Shown here piece after piece: positions 47,170 to 56,930 of a stretch of 64,000 nt of DNA (the stretch's first letter is position 1; each line of letters starts with the position of its first letter). Both the position numbers and the translations under genes were made by a program. Under the pieces are notes generated by a model that was given only the letters and a program-made list of their open reading frames with translations, was not told where the DNA came from and made no database searches. Source of the stretch: an uncultured delta proteobacterium (GTDB lineage Bacteria; Myxococcota; Myxococcia; Myxococcales; Myxococcaceae); the NCBI GenBank assembly GCA_963796055.1, contig CAWCKH010000004.1:1088001-1152000 (forward strand), in the 5' to 3' direction.

Positions 47170-49308
47170 CTACTTGTGGACCGAGACTGCGACCTGGCCC
47201 GATCGCCGGGAGACGTCCACCCCGGCCCCGCCATCGGCGTAGCGATGGATCCGGAGGTCGATGCGTGACGAACCCACGCGGAGACCCTCGATGTGCAGAA
47301 CGTCGAGGAACCCGGGGAGCATCGGATTGCTGAAGGTCACCTGCCCGCGCACCCCGTCGACGTCGAGCCCGAGCGCGGCCCGGAGCATCATCAGCACCGC
47401 TCCGGAGGCCCAGGCCTGCGGCGAGCACGCCACCGGGTACAGGGTGGGCCCCGAGCCCGGCCGGCGCGGGAAGCCGCAGAACAGCTCGGGAACGCGCCGG
47501 AGCTCGAACGACAGGCTGGCCTCGGAGAACCGCTCCAGCACCGCCAGCGCGGCTTGCTTCAGGCCGTAGTGCGAGAACCCCAGGGCGGCGAGGGCGTTGT
47601 CGTGCGGCCAGACCGAGCCATCGTGGTACGACATCGGGTTGAAGCGCGCCTCCCCGAGCGCCACGGTGCGGATCCCCCAGCCGGAGAAGAACGCCTCGCC
47701 GGTCAAGGTGGCGGCCACCTTTCTCGCCCGCTCCGCGCTCACCAGCTGCATCGCCAGGCAGTGCCCGGCGTTCGAGGCGCGCACCTCGCACGGCCTCTTG
47801 GCCCCATCGAGCGCCAGCGCATAGGTGGAGAGCTCCTCGCACCAGTACGCGCTCTCGAAACGCGCTCTGAGCTCCTCGGCGAGCTCGCTCTGCCGCCTGG
47901 CCAGCTCGGAGCGCCCGAGCGCGGTCGCCATCCGCGCCATCGCCCGGCGGGCCGCGTAGACGTAGCCCTGCACCTCGCATAGCGCGATGGGGCCCTCGGC
48001 CAGGCGGCCGTCGGCGTGGAAGACGGCATCGAACGAGTCCTTCCATCCCTGGTTGCTCAGGCCTGTGGCTGAACGGCGGGCGTACTCGATGAAGCCGTCG
48101 CCGTCCCGGTCGCCGCTGGTCTCGATCCAGCCCAGCGCCGCCTGGAAGTGCGGCCAGAGCTCCTTCACCAGCGCGACGTCGCCGGTGGCGTGCAGGTACT
48201 CGCCGGCGAGGACCAGGAAGAGCGGCGTGGTGTCCACCGCGCCGTAGTAGCGACCGAAAGGAACCTCGCCCAGCGCCGCCATCTCCCCCTCGCGCATCTC
48301 GTGGATGATCTTCCCCGGCTCGGCGTCCTCCTCCGCCGAGGAGTGAAGGGCCTGGGTGGCGGCCAGGAAGCGCAGAACGCCGGCCGCCACCTCCGGCTGG
48401 ATCCACAGCATCTGGAGCGCGGTGATGATCCCGTCGCGGCCGAAGGGAGTGCTGTACCAGGGCACGCCAGCATAGGGGTACAGGCCCTCATGCTTCCGGG
48501 TGAGGAGCATCCGCAGGTCGGACACGGAGCGATCCAGCCACTCGTCGAACAGGCCGCTGGACGAGCCGATGCGGGCCTCCGCGCGCCGCAACGCCTCATG
48601 CTCCGCTCCCCTGCGCCCGGCCGCATCGGCGTAGGAGCTGACCTTCTCCGCGGACGTGCCCTGGGTGAAGGTCACCTCAAAGGAGATCTCGCGCTCCTCC
48701 CCGGGCCCGAGCGCCAGGGAGTAGCGCACGTCGTGGTCGGCGACCTGGGTCGGGTCGGGCCGGCACCGCAGGCGCGTCCGTCGGAGCACGCCGTCCAGGC
48801 CGTGGTACGCGATGCCGATGCCGTCAGGGTGCAGCTCCGGAGGATCTTGCCTCCCGCGCCGGCTCCGCGGCGTCCCCCGCACCTCGAAGACGTCCGCGAA
48901 GTCCGCCTCCAGCCGGATGCGGAGCTCGAAGGCGACCACGCCGGCCGAGAAGTTGTTCACCCGCACCCGCTGGTGACACACGCCGTCCTCGAGGATGCAC
49001 CCCCGGAACAGGTGAACGCTGTCGTGCGGGACTGCCAGCTCGCCCTCGCGGGAGAGGTCCGGGTTGGTCAGATCCACGGCCAGGAGCACGTTGTCCCGCA
49101 CCACCGTCGAGCTCAGGGTCATCGGACGCTGACCGTCGACACGGACATCGAGGCGAGACACGTACCGGGTTCCGCGGTGGTAGACGCCCTGCTCCTGCCG
49201 CGCATCGGAGGAGATGGCGCCGGCCCGGTCGAACACCGCGAAGGTGTCCTGGTGCATCAGCACCCGGGCCAGCTCGTCGTGGCCCTCCGTCACCCGCGTT
49301 TCAGCCAT
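47170..49308 (-). CDS. Amylo-alpha-1,6-glucosidase-like glycoside hydrolase
   Basis: AGVPWYSTPFGRD, EPGKIIHE, NQGWKDS, YHDGSVWPHDN, PELFCG, ACSPQAWAS. Confidence 0.92.
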   Translation of the reverse strand: MAETRVTEGHDELARVLMHQDTFAVFDRAGAISSDARQEQGVYHRGTRYVSRLDVRVDGQRPMTLSSTVVRDNVLLAVDLTNPDLSREGELAVPHDSVHLFRGCILEDGVCHQRVRVNNFSAGVVAFELRIRLEADFADVFEVRGTPRSRRGRQDPPELHPDGIGIAYHGLDGVLRRTRLRCRPDPTQVADHDVRYSLALGPGEEREISFEVTFTQGTSAEKVSSYADAAGRRGAEHEALRRAEARIGSSSGLFDEWLDRSVSDLRMLLTRKHEGLYPYAGVPWYSTPFGRDGIITALQMLWIQPEVAAGVLRFLAATQALHSSAEEDAEPGKIIHEMREGEMAALGEVPFGRYYGAVDTTPLFLVLAGEYLHATGDVALVKELWPHFQAALGWIETSGDRDGDGFIEYARRSATGLSNQGWKDSFDAVFHADGRLAEGPIALCEVQGYVYAARRAMARMATALGRSELARRQSELAEELRARFESAYWCEELSTYALALDGAKRPCEVRASNAGHCLAMQLVSAERARKVAATLTGEAFFSGWGIRTVALGEARFNPMSYHDGSVWPHDNALAALGFSHYGLKQAALAVLERFSEASLSFELRRVPELFCGFPRRPGSGPTLYPVACSPQAWASGAVLMMLRAALGLDVDGVRGQVTFSNPMLPGFLDVLHIEGLRVGSSRIDLRIHRYADGGAGVDVSRRSGQVAVSVHK

Positions 49309-50368
49309 GCGACTCGGCTCCCGCGCTCCATCCGGGCTCGCCGACGCCCCGACGGGCGTCGATGAGCTGCTCATACACCCCGACGTACTCCCCGGCCATG
49401 CGGGCCACCGAGAATCTCCGTTCGAACTCCCGCCGGCAGCCGCCGCGGTCCATCGCGATGACCCCGGGTAGAGCGGCCACCGCCTCGTCCACCGAGCCGA
49501 CGATCGCGCCGGTGACTCCCTCCCGGAGCACCTCCTCGACCGCCCCGCCTCGGAAGGCAAGCACCGGCGTACCGCATGCCATGGACTCGATCATCACCAG
49601 ACCGAACGGTTCGGGCCAGTCGATGGGAAAGAGGACCGCGCTTGCCTCCCCCAGGAACTCGACCTTCTCCGCATCGCCGATCTCGCCCAGGTACTCCACG
49701 CCCGGTCCGGCGAGTAGTGGCTCGATCTCCCGTTCGAAGTACCTACGGTCGGCCGGGTCCACCTTGGCCGCGACCCGGAGTGGGAGGCCCACCCGCCGGG
49801 CGATCTCCAGCGCGCGATCGAGGCGCTTCTCCGGCGAGATGCGGCCCAGAAAGGCGAGGTATCCCCCGACGCCCCCTCCGGGGCGGTAGAGCCCGAGCGG
49901 AAGCCCGTGGTGGACGGTCCCGACCCACCGCGCGTGCGGCAGCGGTGCGCGCTGCGCGTCCGAGATGGAGACCACCGCGGCGTGGGAGAAGACCCGGTAC
50001 AGCCGCGCCAGCCCGGGAAGGTCCAGCCGCCCGTGCAGGGTAGTGACCACCGGCGTCAGCGCCTCGCGGAGCAGCGGGTAGTGCAGGCCGTCCCCGTGGA
50101 AGTGGATGACGTCGAAGTCGTCGCTGCTGCGGAAGACCTTCTCCACCTCGATGAGCGCGTGGTGGATCCACATCGGGTCTCCCCGCAATGGCCGTTCCAC
50201 CACCGGCACCAGGCGCGCCGAGGTCTGCGAGTCCGCGGTGGCGAAGAGCGTGACCTCGTGCCCCTGCCGGACCAGCTCCTCGGTGAGGTAGGAGACCACG
50301 CGCTCCGTTCCGCCGTACCGCAGCGGAGGCACGCTCTCGAACAGCGGGGCCACCTGCGCGATCCGCAC
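49301..50368 (-). CDS. Glycosyltransferase family 4
   Basis: RIAQVAP..VPPLRYGGTERVV, GRISPEK, EPFGLVMIESMACGTPV. Confidence 0.93.
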   Translation of the reverse strand: MRIAQVAPLFESVPPLRYGGTERVVSYLTEELVRQGHEVTLFATADSQTSARLVPVVERPLRGDPMWIHHALIEVEKVFRSSDDFDVIHFHGDGLHYPLLREALTPVVTTLHGRLDLPGLARLYRVFSHAAVVSISDAQRAPLPHARWVGTVHHGLPLGLYRPGGGVGGYLAFLGRISPEKRLDRALEIARRVGLPLRVAAKVDPADRRYFEREIEPLLAGPGVEYLGEIGDAEKVEFLGEASAVLFPIDWPEPFGLVMIESMACGTPVLAFRGGAVEEVLREGVTGAIVGSVDEAVAALPGVIAMDRGGCRREFERRFSVARMAGEYVGVYEQLIDARRGVGEPGWSAGAESHG

Positions 50369-50511
50369 GATTCCTCCCTGGGCGGAGGGTAAGACGGAAA
50401 CCGGCGGATGCCACCTGCCCGGCCCCGTGCGGCGACGCGCACGCGCCGAGCCTGGGCGCTCGGCGGGCAGGAGCCGGCGACGTGCCGCCCGGATGGCGAG
50501 GCAGGACGCCG

Positions 50512-52572
50512 TCAGTCCCCGACGCGGACCAGGACGCGCAGCACCTCGGCCACGCTCCACGCCTGGGCCGGCGCGCCGACCGGACGGAACGGAGGCTCGG
50601 GCTCGAAGCACTCGGGCAGCTGGCCCAGGCACCCGGTCTCCATCCGGGCGATGAGCGAGGCGATGGCGGCGCGGGCCCGGGTCCGGGTCTCTGCCGAGCC
50701 GCCGCGCACCGCGAACAGCGCGTCCACGTACGGGCCCACCAGCCACGGCCAGACCAATCCCTGGTGGTAGGCCGAGTCGCGCTGGGAGGGACCGCCGCGG
50801 TAGGCGGGACGGTAACCAGGGTCGCCCCGGGCGAGGGTCCGCAGTCCCACCGGGGTCACCAGCGCGGCCTCCACCGCCTCCAGCACCATCGCCCGACGGC
50901 GCCCGTCGAGCAGTGGAAACGGCAGCCCCACCGCGAACAGCTGGTTGGGACGGAGCCGCGCATCCGGACCCTCGGGGAGGACGACGTCGAAGCAGCAGCG
51001 CCGCGCGTCGTTCCAGAAGGCCCGGTCGAACGCGCCGGCGACCAGATCCGCCTCTCGGCCGAACGCGCGGGCCCGCGGTCCGTCACCGAGCTGGCGCGCC
51101 CATCGCTCGGACAGGCGGAGGGCATTGTACCAGAGCGCGTTCACCTCCACCGGCTTGCCGTGCCGCGGCGTCACCGGGACGTCGTTCACCCGCGCGTCCA
51201 TCCAGGTGAGGTTCGTGCCCGGACCTCCGGCCACCAGCAACCCGTCCTCGGGGTCGACATGGATCCCGTGGTGGGTGCCGCGGAGGTGCGCGTCCACGAT
51301 GGCGCACGCCGCCGGGTAGAACACGTCGCGGACGAACGCCGGCGAGCCCCCCGCCTGCTCCCAGGCGTGCACCGCCTGGAACATGAACAGGGTCGCGTCG
51401 ACGGTGTTGTACTCGGCCGGGCCTGCGGCGTCGGGAAACCGGTTCGGCACCAGGCCGCCGTCGAGGTGGGTGAGGAAGCCCTCCAGCACCTCGCGCGCCA
51501 GCTCCAGCTGCCCGCGGGCGACGAGGAGACCGGGGAGGGAGATCATCGTGTCCCGGCCCCAGTCGGTGAACCATGGGTACCCGGCGATGACGGTGGCCGT
51601 GCCATCCACACGTCGCACCAAGTACGCCTCGGCGGCTCGTTCCAACCGCGCGCATCCCTCGATGAGATCGTCCCGCCGACGCACCGGCCGCGCCGTGGAG
51701 GGAGGACGAAGCCCCGCCTCCGCGCGACGGAAGCGCCCGCCCAGCGCCTGGAGGTCCAGCCGCGCCGCGGACTCGACCGACGCCGCCACCACCGCCGGGC
51801 GGCCCGGTTCGACCTCCAGCTCGAAGCTGCCGGGCAGCAGGAGGTCTTCCCGGAAGTCGAGCCCGCGGTCCAGCTCCTCGAGGTACTCGACGTTCTCGTG
51901 CCACACCGGCGCGCCGGCGAACGGCCCACCTCCGTGCGCGATGCGCAGCGATGGCAGGCCCGGGTACGGCTGGAAGCGCACCACCCGCCCGGCCGCCGTG
52001 CTCTCCTCGTCGAACCCGGTCCAGGCCTCCCGGTTCCGGTGCGTCAGCCCGTGGTAGTCGCGGAATGCGAACAGTGGCTGGACGCGCAGCCGCACCGGGG
52101 CGGCGCTCGCGTAGCGCACGACGACCGTCTGCTCGCCCGGGACGAGCAGCACCCGCCGCTCCACCTCGACGCCCCCCACCGACCAGGTCCAGACCGGACC
52201 ATCGTCGAGGGAGAAGCGCACCAGCCGGGTGTACCCGTCCGGGTACAGGGTGTTCGGGTACTGGTTGACCGACAGCGGGACCGCGCCCTGCGGCGTCAAC
52301 GCGGTCTCCTCCAGCCGGGCGAGGGTGACGATGCGCTGCACGGGTGGGTGGAGGCTCGCAACCAGCAGGCCGTGGTACCGCCGGGTGCTCGACCCGGCCA
52401 CGGTGCCCATCGCGAAGCCCCCGGTGCCGTTGGTGAGCAGCCACTCCAGACGGGAGGCGCGCGGATAGAGCGTGCACACCTCGCGGGGCAGCTCGATGGG
52501 CTCAGGCGAGGAGACGGGCACCGGGCCTCCCGGGACGGCCGCGGGCGCGGCGCTGGTCGCCCGCGTGCTCAT
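50512..52572 (-). CDS. Glycogen debranching enzyme-like amylo-alpha-1,6-glucosidase
   Basis: EWLLTNGTGGFA, RRYHGLL, AGYPWFTDWGRD, LTWMDA, YHQGLVWPW, QAWSVAE. Confidence 0.92.
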   Translation of the reverse strand: MSTRATSAAPAAVPGGPVPVSSPEPIELPREVCTLYPRASRLEWLLTNGTGGFAMGTVAGSSTRRYHGLLVASLHPPVQRIVTLARLEETALTPQGAVPLSVNQYPNTLYPDGYTRLVRFSLDDGPVWTWSVGGVEVERRVLLVPGEQTVVVRYASAAPVRLRVQPLFAFRDYHGLTHRNREAWTGFDEESTAAGRVVRFQPYPGLPSLRIAHGGGPFAGAPVWHENVEYLEELDRGLDFREDLLLPGSFELEVEPGRPAVVAASVESAARLDLQALGGRFRRAEAGLRPPSTARPVRRRDDLIEGCARLERAAEAYLVRRVDGTATVIAGYPWFTDWGRDTMISLPGLLVARGQLELAREVLEGFLTHLDGGLVPNRFPDAAGPAEYNTVDATLFMFQAVHAWEQAGGSPAFVRDVFYPAACAIVDAHLRGTHHGIHVDPEDGLLVAGGPGTNLTWMDARVNDVPVTPRHGKPVEVNALWYNALRLSERWARQLGDGPRARAFGREADLVAGAFDRAFWNDARRCCFDVVLPEGPDARLRPNQLFAVGLPFPLLDGRRRAMVLEAVEAALVTPVGLRTLARGDPGYRPAYRGGPSQRDSAYHQGLVWPWLVGPYVDALFAVRGGSAETRTRARAAIASLIARMETGCLGQLPECFEPEPPFRPVGAPAQAWSVAEVLRVLVRVGD

Positions 52573-52617
52573 GAAGGACGGACCTCGAGGAACGTCAACC
52601 CCGGATCCGTGCAGGGC

Positions 52618-53439
52618 TCAGTTCACGGACGCGCTCGATCCCACACCACCCTTCGCTGGAGCGTCGCGGTCGTTCCGGACCACCGCGCCGCCCTTCATCA
52701 CGAAGAAGATCCCCTTCTTCCGCATCAGCTCGAAGGCCTCGTCGTCCAGAAAGGAGCCGTGCTCGATGGAGTCGATGCCGGCACGGATGGCGCGCTTTGC
52801 CCCTTCCGCTCCATGCGCATGGGCCGCAGTCTTCCGGCCCAGCGCGTGGGCCTCGTCCACCAGCGCGTCCAGCTCGGCCTGGGTCAGCTGCGGCGAGTCG
52901 ACCTTGTCCGCCTCCGAGAGGACGCCGCCGGTGGCGCAGGTCTTGATGACGTCCGCCCCGTGCTTGGCGTTGAATCGGACCGCGGCGCGAATCTGGTCCG
53001 CGCCATTGGCCACGCCCTGGTCCGTGCCGGGCTCCCGGAAGAGCTCCGGCCGGAAACCCCCGGTCGGGTCGCAGTGTCCGCCGCGAGCGCCGATGGCGTA
53101 GACCGAGACCCGCATCCGCGGACCCGGGACCTTCCCCGCATCGATGGCGTTGCGCAGCCCCACGTCGATGAGCCCAGGGAGCAAGGTGGCGTCTCCGAGG
53201 TCGATCACCCGTGCCCCACCCGGAATCTCGGCACGCGGACCGGCCGCGAGGATCGTCCCCTTCGCCACCACCACGATGCCCGGAGCCACGACCGTCTCCG
53301 ATTTCCCGTCGTACAGCCGCGCCGCGCGGACGACGGTCACCGGCTCGGCGGCGGCAGCGCCGACACACCATGACGCCACCAGGCAATGCAGGACGCGCAG
53401 GAAGGGACGGCCTCGGAGATGAGGGGGCTCGAAGGGCAT
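52618..53439 (-). pseudogene. Amidohydrolase (Xaa-Pro dipeptidase-like) with two in-frame internal deletions
   Basis: TLLPGLID joined directly to VGLRNAIDAG..PGPR (HxH missing); KKGIF joined to FVMKGG (GTD region missing). Retains KTCATGG, AHAHG and IEHG. Confidence 0.75.
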
Positions 53440-53641
53440 GCCCGGTTCAAAGCACCTTGCCCCGGGCGGCACGTGGCGAAAGTTGCGAGCGGTGCCCGGG
53501 CGGCGGCCAATCTGTCACGTCGCGCCGCGACCGGCGGACAGCAGGCCCGTGCCCGGGCATGGCGCCCCGAGAACCCTGAGGAGTTCCGCCGGGGCGCGTC
53601 ATGTCACCGCGACCCCACCACGCGTGGGCGACCGATTCTGG

Positions 53642-53667
53642 GTAACCGCCCTTGCCGGCACGCCGTA
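53642..53667 (+). promoter_or_regulatory. Putative ECF-sigma promoter GTAACC-N16-CGTA
   Basis: GTAACC at 53642-53647, 16-nt spacer, CGTA at 53664-53667, 30 nt before the doxX ATG. Confidence 0.55.
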
Positions 53668-53696
53668 TCTTCCACGTCCCCTCCAGGAGCTCCACG

Positions 53697-54188
53697 ATGA
53701 ACCTCGAAGCCCTCCGCACCCGCGCCCGCGCCACCCTGGACCGCTTCTCCTGGGTTGGCCCCCTCGCCGTCCGCCTCTCGCTCGGCTCGGTGTTCATCGG
53801 AACCGGCTGGGGAAAGCTGCACAACCTGGGGCAGGTGACGAGCTTCTTCTCCGAGCTGGGGATTCCCTTCCCCACGATCCAGGCGCCAATGGTGTCTGGC
53901 ATCGAGCTCGTCGGCGGAACACTGATCCTCCTCGGCCTCTTCACCCGCTTCGCCGCGCTGCCCCTGATGGCGACGATGGTCGTGGCCATCCTCACCGCCA
54001 AGCGGCCCGAGATCGAGGGAATCCGTTCCCTGCTCGCCTTCGACGAGTCACTGTACTTCGCTGGGTTCCTCTGGCTGTTCGTCGCCGGTGCCGGCAAGGC
54101 GTCGCTGGACGCGCTGATCTTCGGCCGCAAGTCGGGGCTGCCCCGTCCTCTGCTCCGCCCCGGGGCCATGCCGGCCGAGCAGCGCTGA
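53697..54188 (+). CDS. DoxX-family membrane protein (possible BufD)
   Basis: LAVRL..FIGTGWGKL, IELVGG..LLGLFTRFAA, GAGKASLD; RBS AGGAG. Confidence 0.88.
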   Translation: MNLEALRTRARATLDRFSWVGPLAVRLSLGSVFIGTGWGKLHNLGQVTSFFSELGIPFPTIQAPMVSGIELVGGTLILLGLFTRFAALPLMATMVVAILTAKRPEIEGIRSLLAFDESLYFAGFLWLFVAGAGKASLDALIFGRKSGLPRPLLRPGAMPAEQR

Positions 54189-54246
54189 ACGCCGAACGAC
54201 GGTGCTCCACCGGAAGGGGCTGGCGAGCCCGCAATGGCGGTGGAAA

Positions 54247-55317
54247 TCAGCCCGCGAGCGAGGCTCGCACCCGCGCCGCATCTGCCACCAGCCAGCGGAC
54301 GATCTCCGCGGCTGGACCGCGCCGGGCGAGGCGGGCTGCCTGTCCCGCCCAGAGCGAGAGCAGCTCGGCCCGTCCGGCACGCGAAGCCGCCGTCCGCATC
54401 GGGCGGGTGAGCGCGTTCTGCAGCGGGTAGGGCAGGATGGCCTGGGGCTGTCCCTCCACTGCGGTGAGGAAACGGTTCACCAGCCCGCGCGCGGCTCTCC
54501 CGGAGAAGGCGCGGGTGACGGCCGTACCATCGTCGGTGGCGGCGAGCACCGCCTCCTTGTACGCCGGGACCGCTCCGCATTCGTCGCTGGCCAGCAACGC
54601 AGTTCCCACCTGCACCCCGGCGGCCCCGAGCGCCTCGGCGGCGACCCAGCCTCGCCCGTCCATGATGCCTCCGGCCGCCACCACCGGGATGCTCACCGCG
54701 TCGGCCACCTGGGGCACCAGAGCCATGGTGCCCACCAGGCCACGCTCGAAGCTGCCGACGAAGCTGCCCCGGTGTCCGCCCGCCTCGCTTCCCTGCGCCA
54801 CCACCGCCTCGAAACCCGCCGCCTCGATCCGGCGCGCCTCCTCCACCGTGTTCGCCGTCCCCATCCGCACCATCCCCGCGCGCTCCAGCCGCGCCAGCTG
54901 TGCCGCCGAGGGAATCCCGAAGGTCACGCTGAACGCCGCCGCGCCGCTCTGCCCCACCGCCTCGATCTGCACGTCCAGCGACCGCGTCACCGGCCCGGGG
55001 GCCTCCGGCGGTGGCAGTCCCAGCTCGGCGTGAATGGGACCGAGCAGCTCCAGCATCGCCCGTGGATCCGCCGCCGGCCCTTCCGGGACGTCGGCGAAGA
55101 GGTTGATCCCGAAGGGCCGATCGGTGCGTGCGCGCACCTCGCGGCTCCACTCGAGGATCTGCTCCGGCGGGGAGTATGCGCAGCCCAGGAAGCCGAGCCC
55201 GCCCGCACGGGAGACCTCTGCCGCCAGCGCCGGGGTGCTGGGACCTCCGGCCATCGGTGCACCGATGAGCGGGTGCTCGATCCGGAGCAGGGAACACAAC
55301 CTCGCTGGTGCACGCAT
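54247..55317 (-). CDS. Nitronate monooxygenase-family flavin oxidoreductase
   Basis: PLIGAPMAGG, QGSEAGGHRG, AAGGIMDG, LWAGQ. Confidence 0.92.
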   Translation of the reverse strand: MRAPARLCSLLRIEHPLIGAPMAGGPSTPALAAEVSRAGGLGFLGCAYSPPEQILEWSREVRARTDRPFGINLFADVPEGPAADPRAMLELLGPIHAELGLPPPEAPGPVTRSLDVQIEAVGQSGAAAFSVTFGIPSAAQLARLERAGMVRMGTANTVEEARRIEAAGFEAVVAQGSEAGGHRGSFVGSFERGLVGTMALVPQVADAVSIPVVAAGGIMDGRGWVAAEALGAAGVQVGTALLASDECGAVPAYKEAVLAATDDGTAVTRAFSGRAARGLVNRFLTAVEGQPQAILPYPLQNALTRPMRTAASRAGRAELLSLWAGQAARLARRGPAAEIVRWLVADAARVRASLAG

Positions 55318-55339
55318 CGAAACCTCCGTGGGCGGGCGC

Positions 55340-56926
55340 TCAGTGTGCTCCGGCGGGCGCTCCGCCGGGCTGGTTCTTCTTCAGGAAGAGCAGGATCAAG
55401 GGCACGAACACCGCGGTGACGACCGCCAGGTCCTCGATGATGCGGACGTACGCGAGCACCGCCGCCTGTCGCTGGACGGTCAGGTAGAGCATCCCGTACG
55501 CCCGCCGGAGCGCCTCCCCCGGCCCTTCCGAGGCGAAGAGCTGCTGCAGCTGGGCGAGCCTCTCCTGGAGGTAGACATTGGAAGGCGTCAGCCGGTCCAC
55601 CAGGACGTTCTGGAAGGTCTGCGACCGGCGGGCGAGGGTGGTGACGAAGAACGAGATCCCCACGCTCCCCCCGATGTTCCGCGCCAGGTTCATCAGGCCC
55701 GACACCTGGTTGTTCTGCTCGCGCGGCACACCGATGTACGCCACGGTGTTGATCGGCACGAAGAGGAACGCCAGCGAGGCCGCCTGGTAGACCCGGTACA
55801 TCGTCGCGGTGTGCGGATCGATGCCCAGGTTGATGTTGCTCATGTTCCAGAGCGCCAGCGAGAGCCCGGCGAAGCCGGCGGTGATCAGGTACTTCGCCGG
55901 CACCCGCGAGACCAGGAAGCCCACCAGCGGCATCATGGCCATGGTGGTGAAGCCTCCCGGCGAGAGCACCATCCCCGCACGCTCGGCGCTGTAGCCCATC
56001 AAGGTCTGCACGAACTGGGGGATGAGCACCGTGCTCCCGTAGAGGACTGCCCCCAGGGTGAACATCAGCACGGCGCTGGTGGCGAAGTTGCGGTTCAGGA
56101 ACAGCCGCACGTTGACGATGGGATTGGGATGCACCCGCTCCCAGACCACCGTCCCCACCATGCAGATGACGGTCACCATGGTGAAGAACACGATCAGGGG
56201 TGAGCTGAACCAGTCGTCCTGCTGTCCCTTGTCCAGGATGATCTGCAGGCTCCCGAAGGCCGTTGCCACCAGCGCGAGGCCCAGCCAGTCCACCCGCACC
56301 CCGCGGGACTCCTCCTTCTCCTGCTCCAGCCAGGGTGGGTCCTCCACCATGATCGAGCTGAGGATGAGCGAGGCGATGCCCACCGGGATGTTGATGTAGA
56401 AGATCCATCGCCAGCTGGCGTGGTCGACGATGTAGCCGCCGAGGGTCGGTCCGATCGCCGGGGCAAACACCACCGCCAGGCCGTACATCGCGAACCCCAT
56501 CCCGCGCTGCCGGGGCTCGAAGGTGTCGGCCAGGATGCCTTGCTCGCTCGGGGCGAGCCCTCCCCCACCAATTCCCTGCAGTACCCGGAAGAAGATCAGC
56601 GACTGGAGGTTGGGGGCGAAGCCGCACAGGGCGCTGCTCACGGTGAAGAGCACCACGCAAGCCATGTAGAAGCGCTTCCGGCCGACGCGGCTGGAGATCC
56701 AGGCGCTGATCGGCAGGACCACCGCGTTGGAGACCAGGTACGAGGTGAGCACCCAGGTGGCCTCGTCCTGGCTCGCCGAGAGCCCTCCGGCGATGTGCGG
56801 TAACGCCACGTTGGCGATGCTGGTGTCCAGCACCTCCATGAACGTGGCCAGGGTGACGGTCAGGCCCACCAGCCACGGGCTGTGGCTGGGACGCCACTGG
56901 ACCTCGGGGTGCGCCTCGGCCGGCAT
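55340..56926 (-). CDS. DHA2-family MFS efflux transporter (EmrB-like)
   Basis: FMEVLDTSIANVALPHI, WVLTSYL, GPTLGG, WRWIFYINIPVG. Confidence 0.93.
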   Translation of the reverse strand: MPAEAHPEVQWRPSHSPWLVGLTVTLATFMEVLDTSIANVALPHIAGGLSASQDEATWVLTSYLVSNAVVLPISAWISSRVGRKRFYMACVVLFTVSSALCGFAPNLQSLIFFRVLQGIGGGGLAPSEQGILADTFEPRQRGMGFAMYGLAVVFAPAIGPTLGGYIVDHASWRWIFYINIPVGIASLILSSIMVEDPPWLEQEKEESRGVRVDWLGLALVATAFGSLQIILDKGQQDDWFSSPLIVFFTMVTVICMVGTVVWERVHPNPIVNVRLFLNRNFATSAVLMFTLGAVLYGSTVLIPQFVQTLMGYSAERAGMVLSPGGFTTMAMMPLVGFLVSRVPAKYLITAGFAGLSLALWNMSNINLGIDPHTATMYRVYQAASLAFLFVPINTVAYIGVPREQNNQVSGLMNLARNIGGSVGISFFVTTLARRSQTFQNVLVDRLTPSNVYLQERLAQLQQLFASEGPGEALRRAYGMLYLTVQRQAAVLAYVRIIEDLAVVTAVFVPLILLFLKKNQPGGAPAGAH

Positions 56927-56930
56927 CCGG

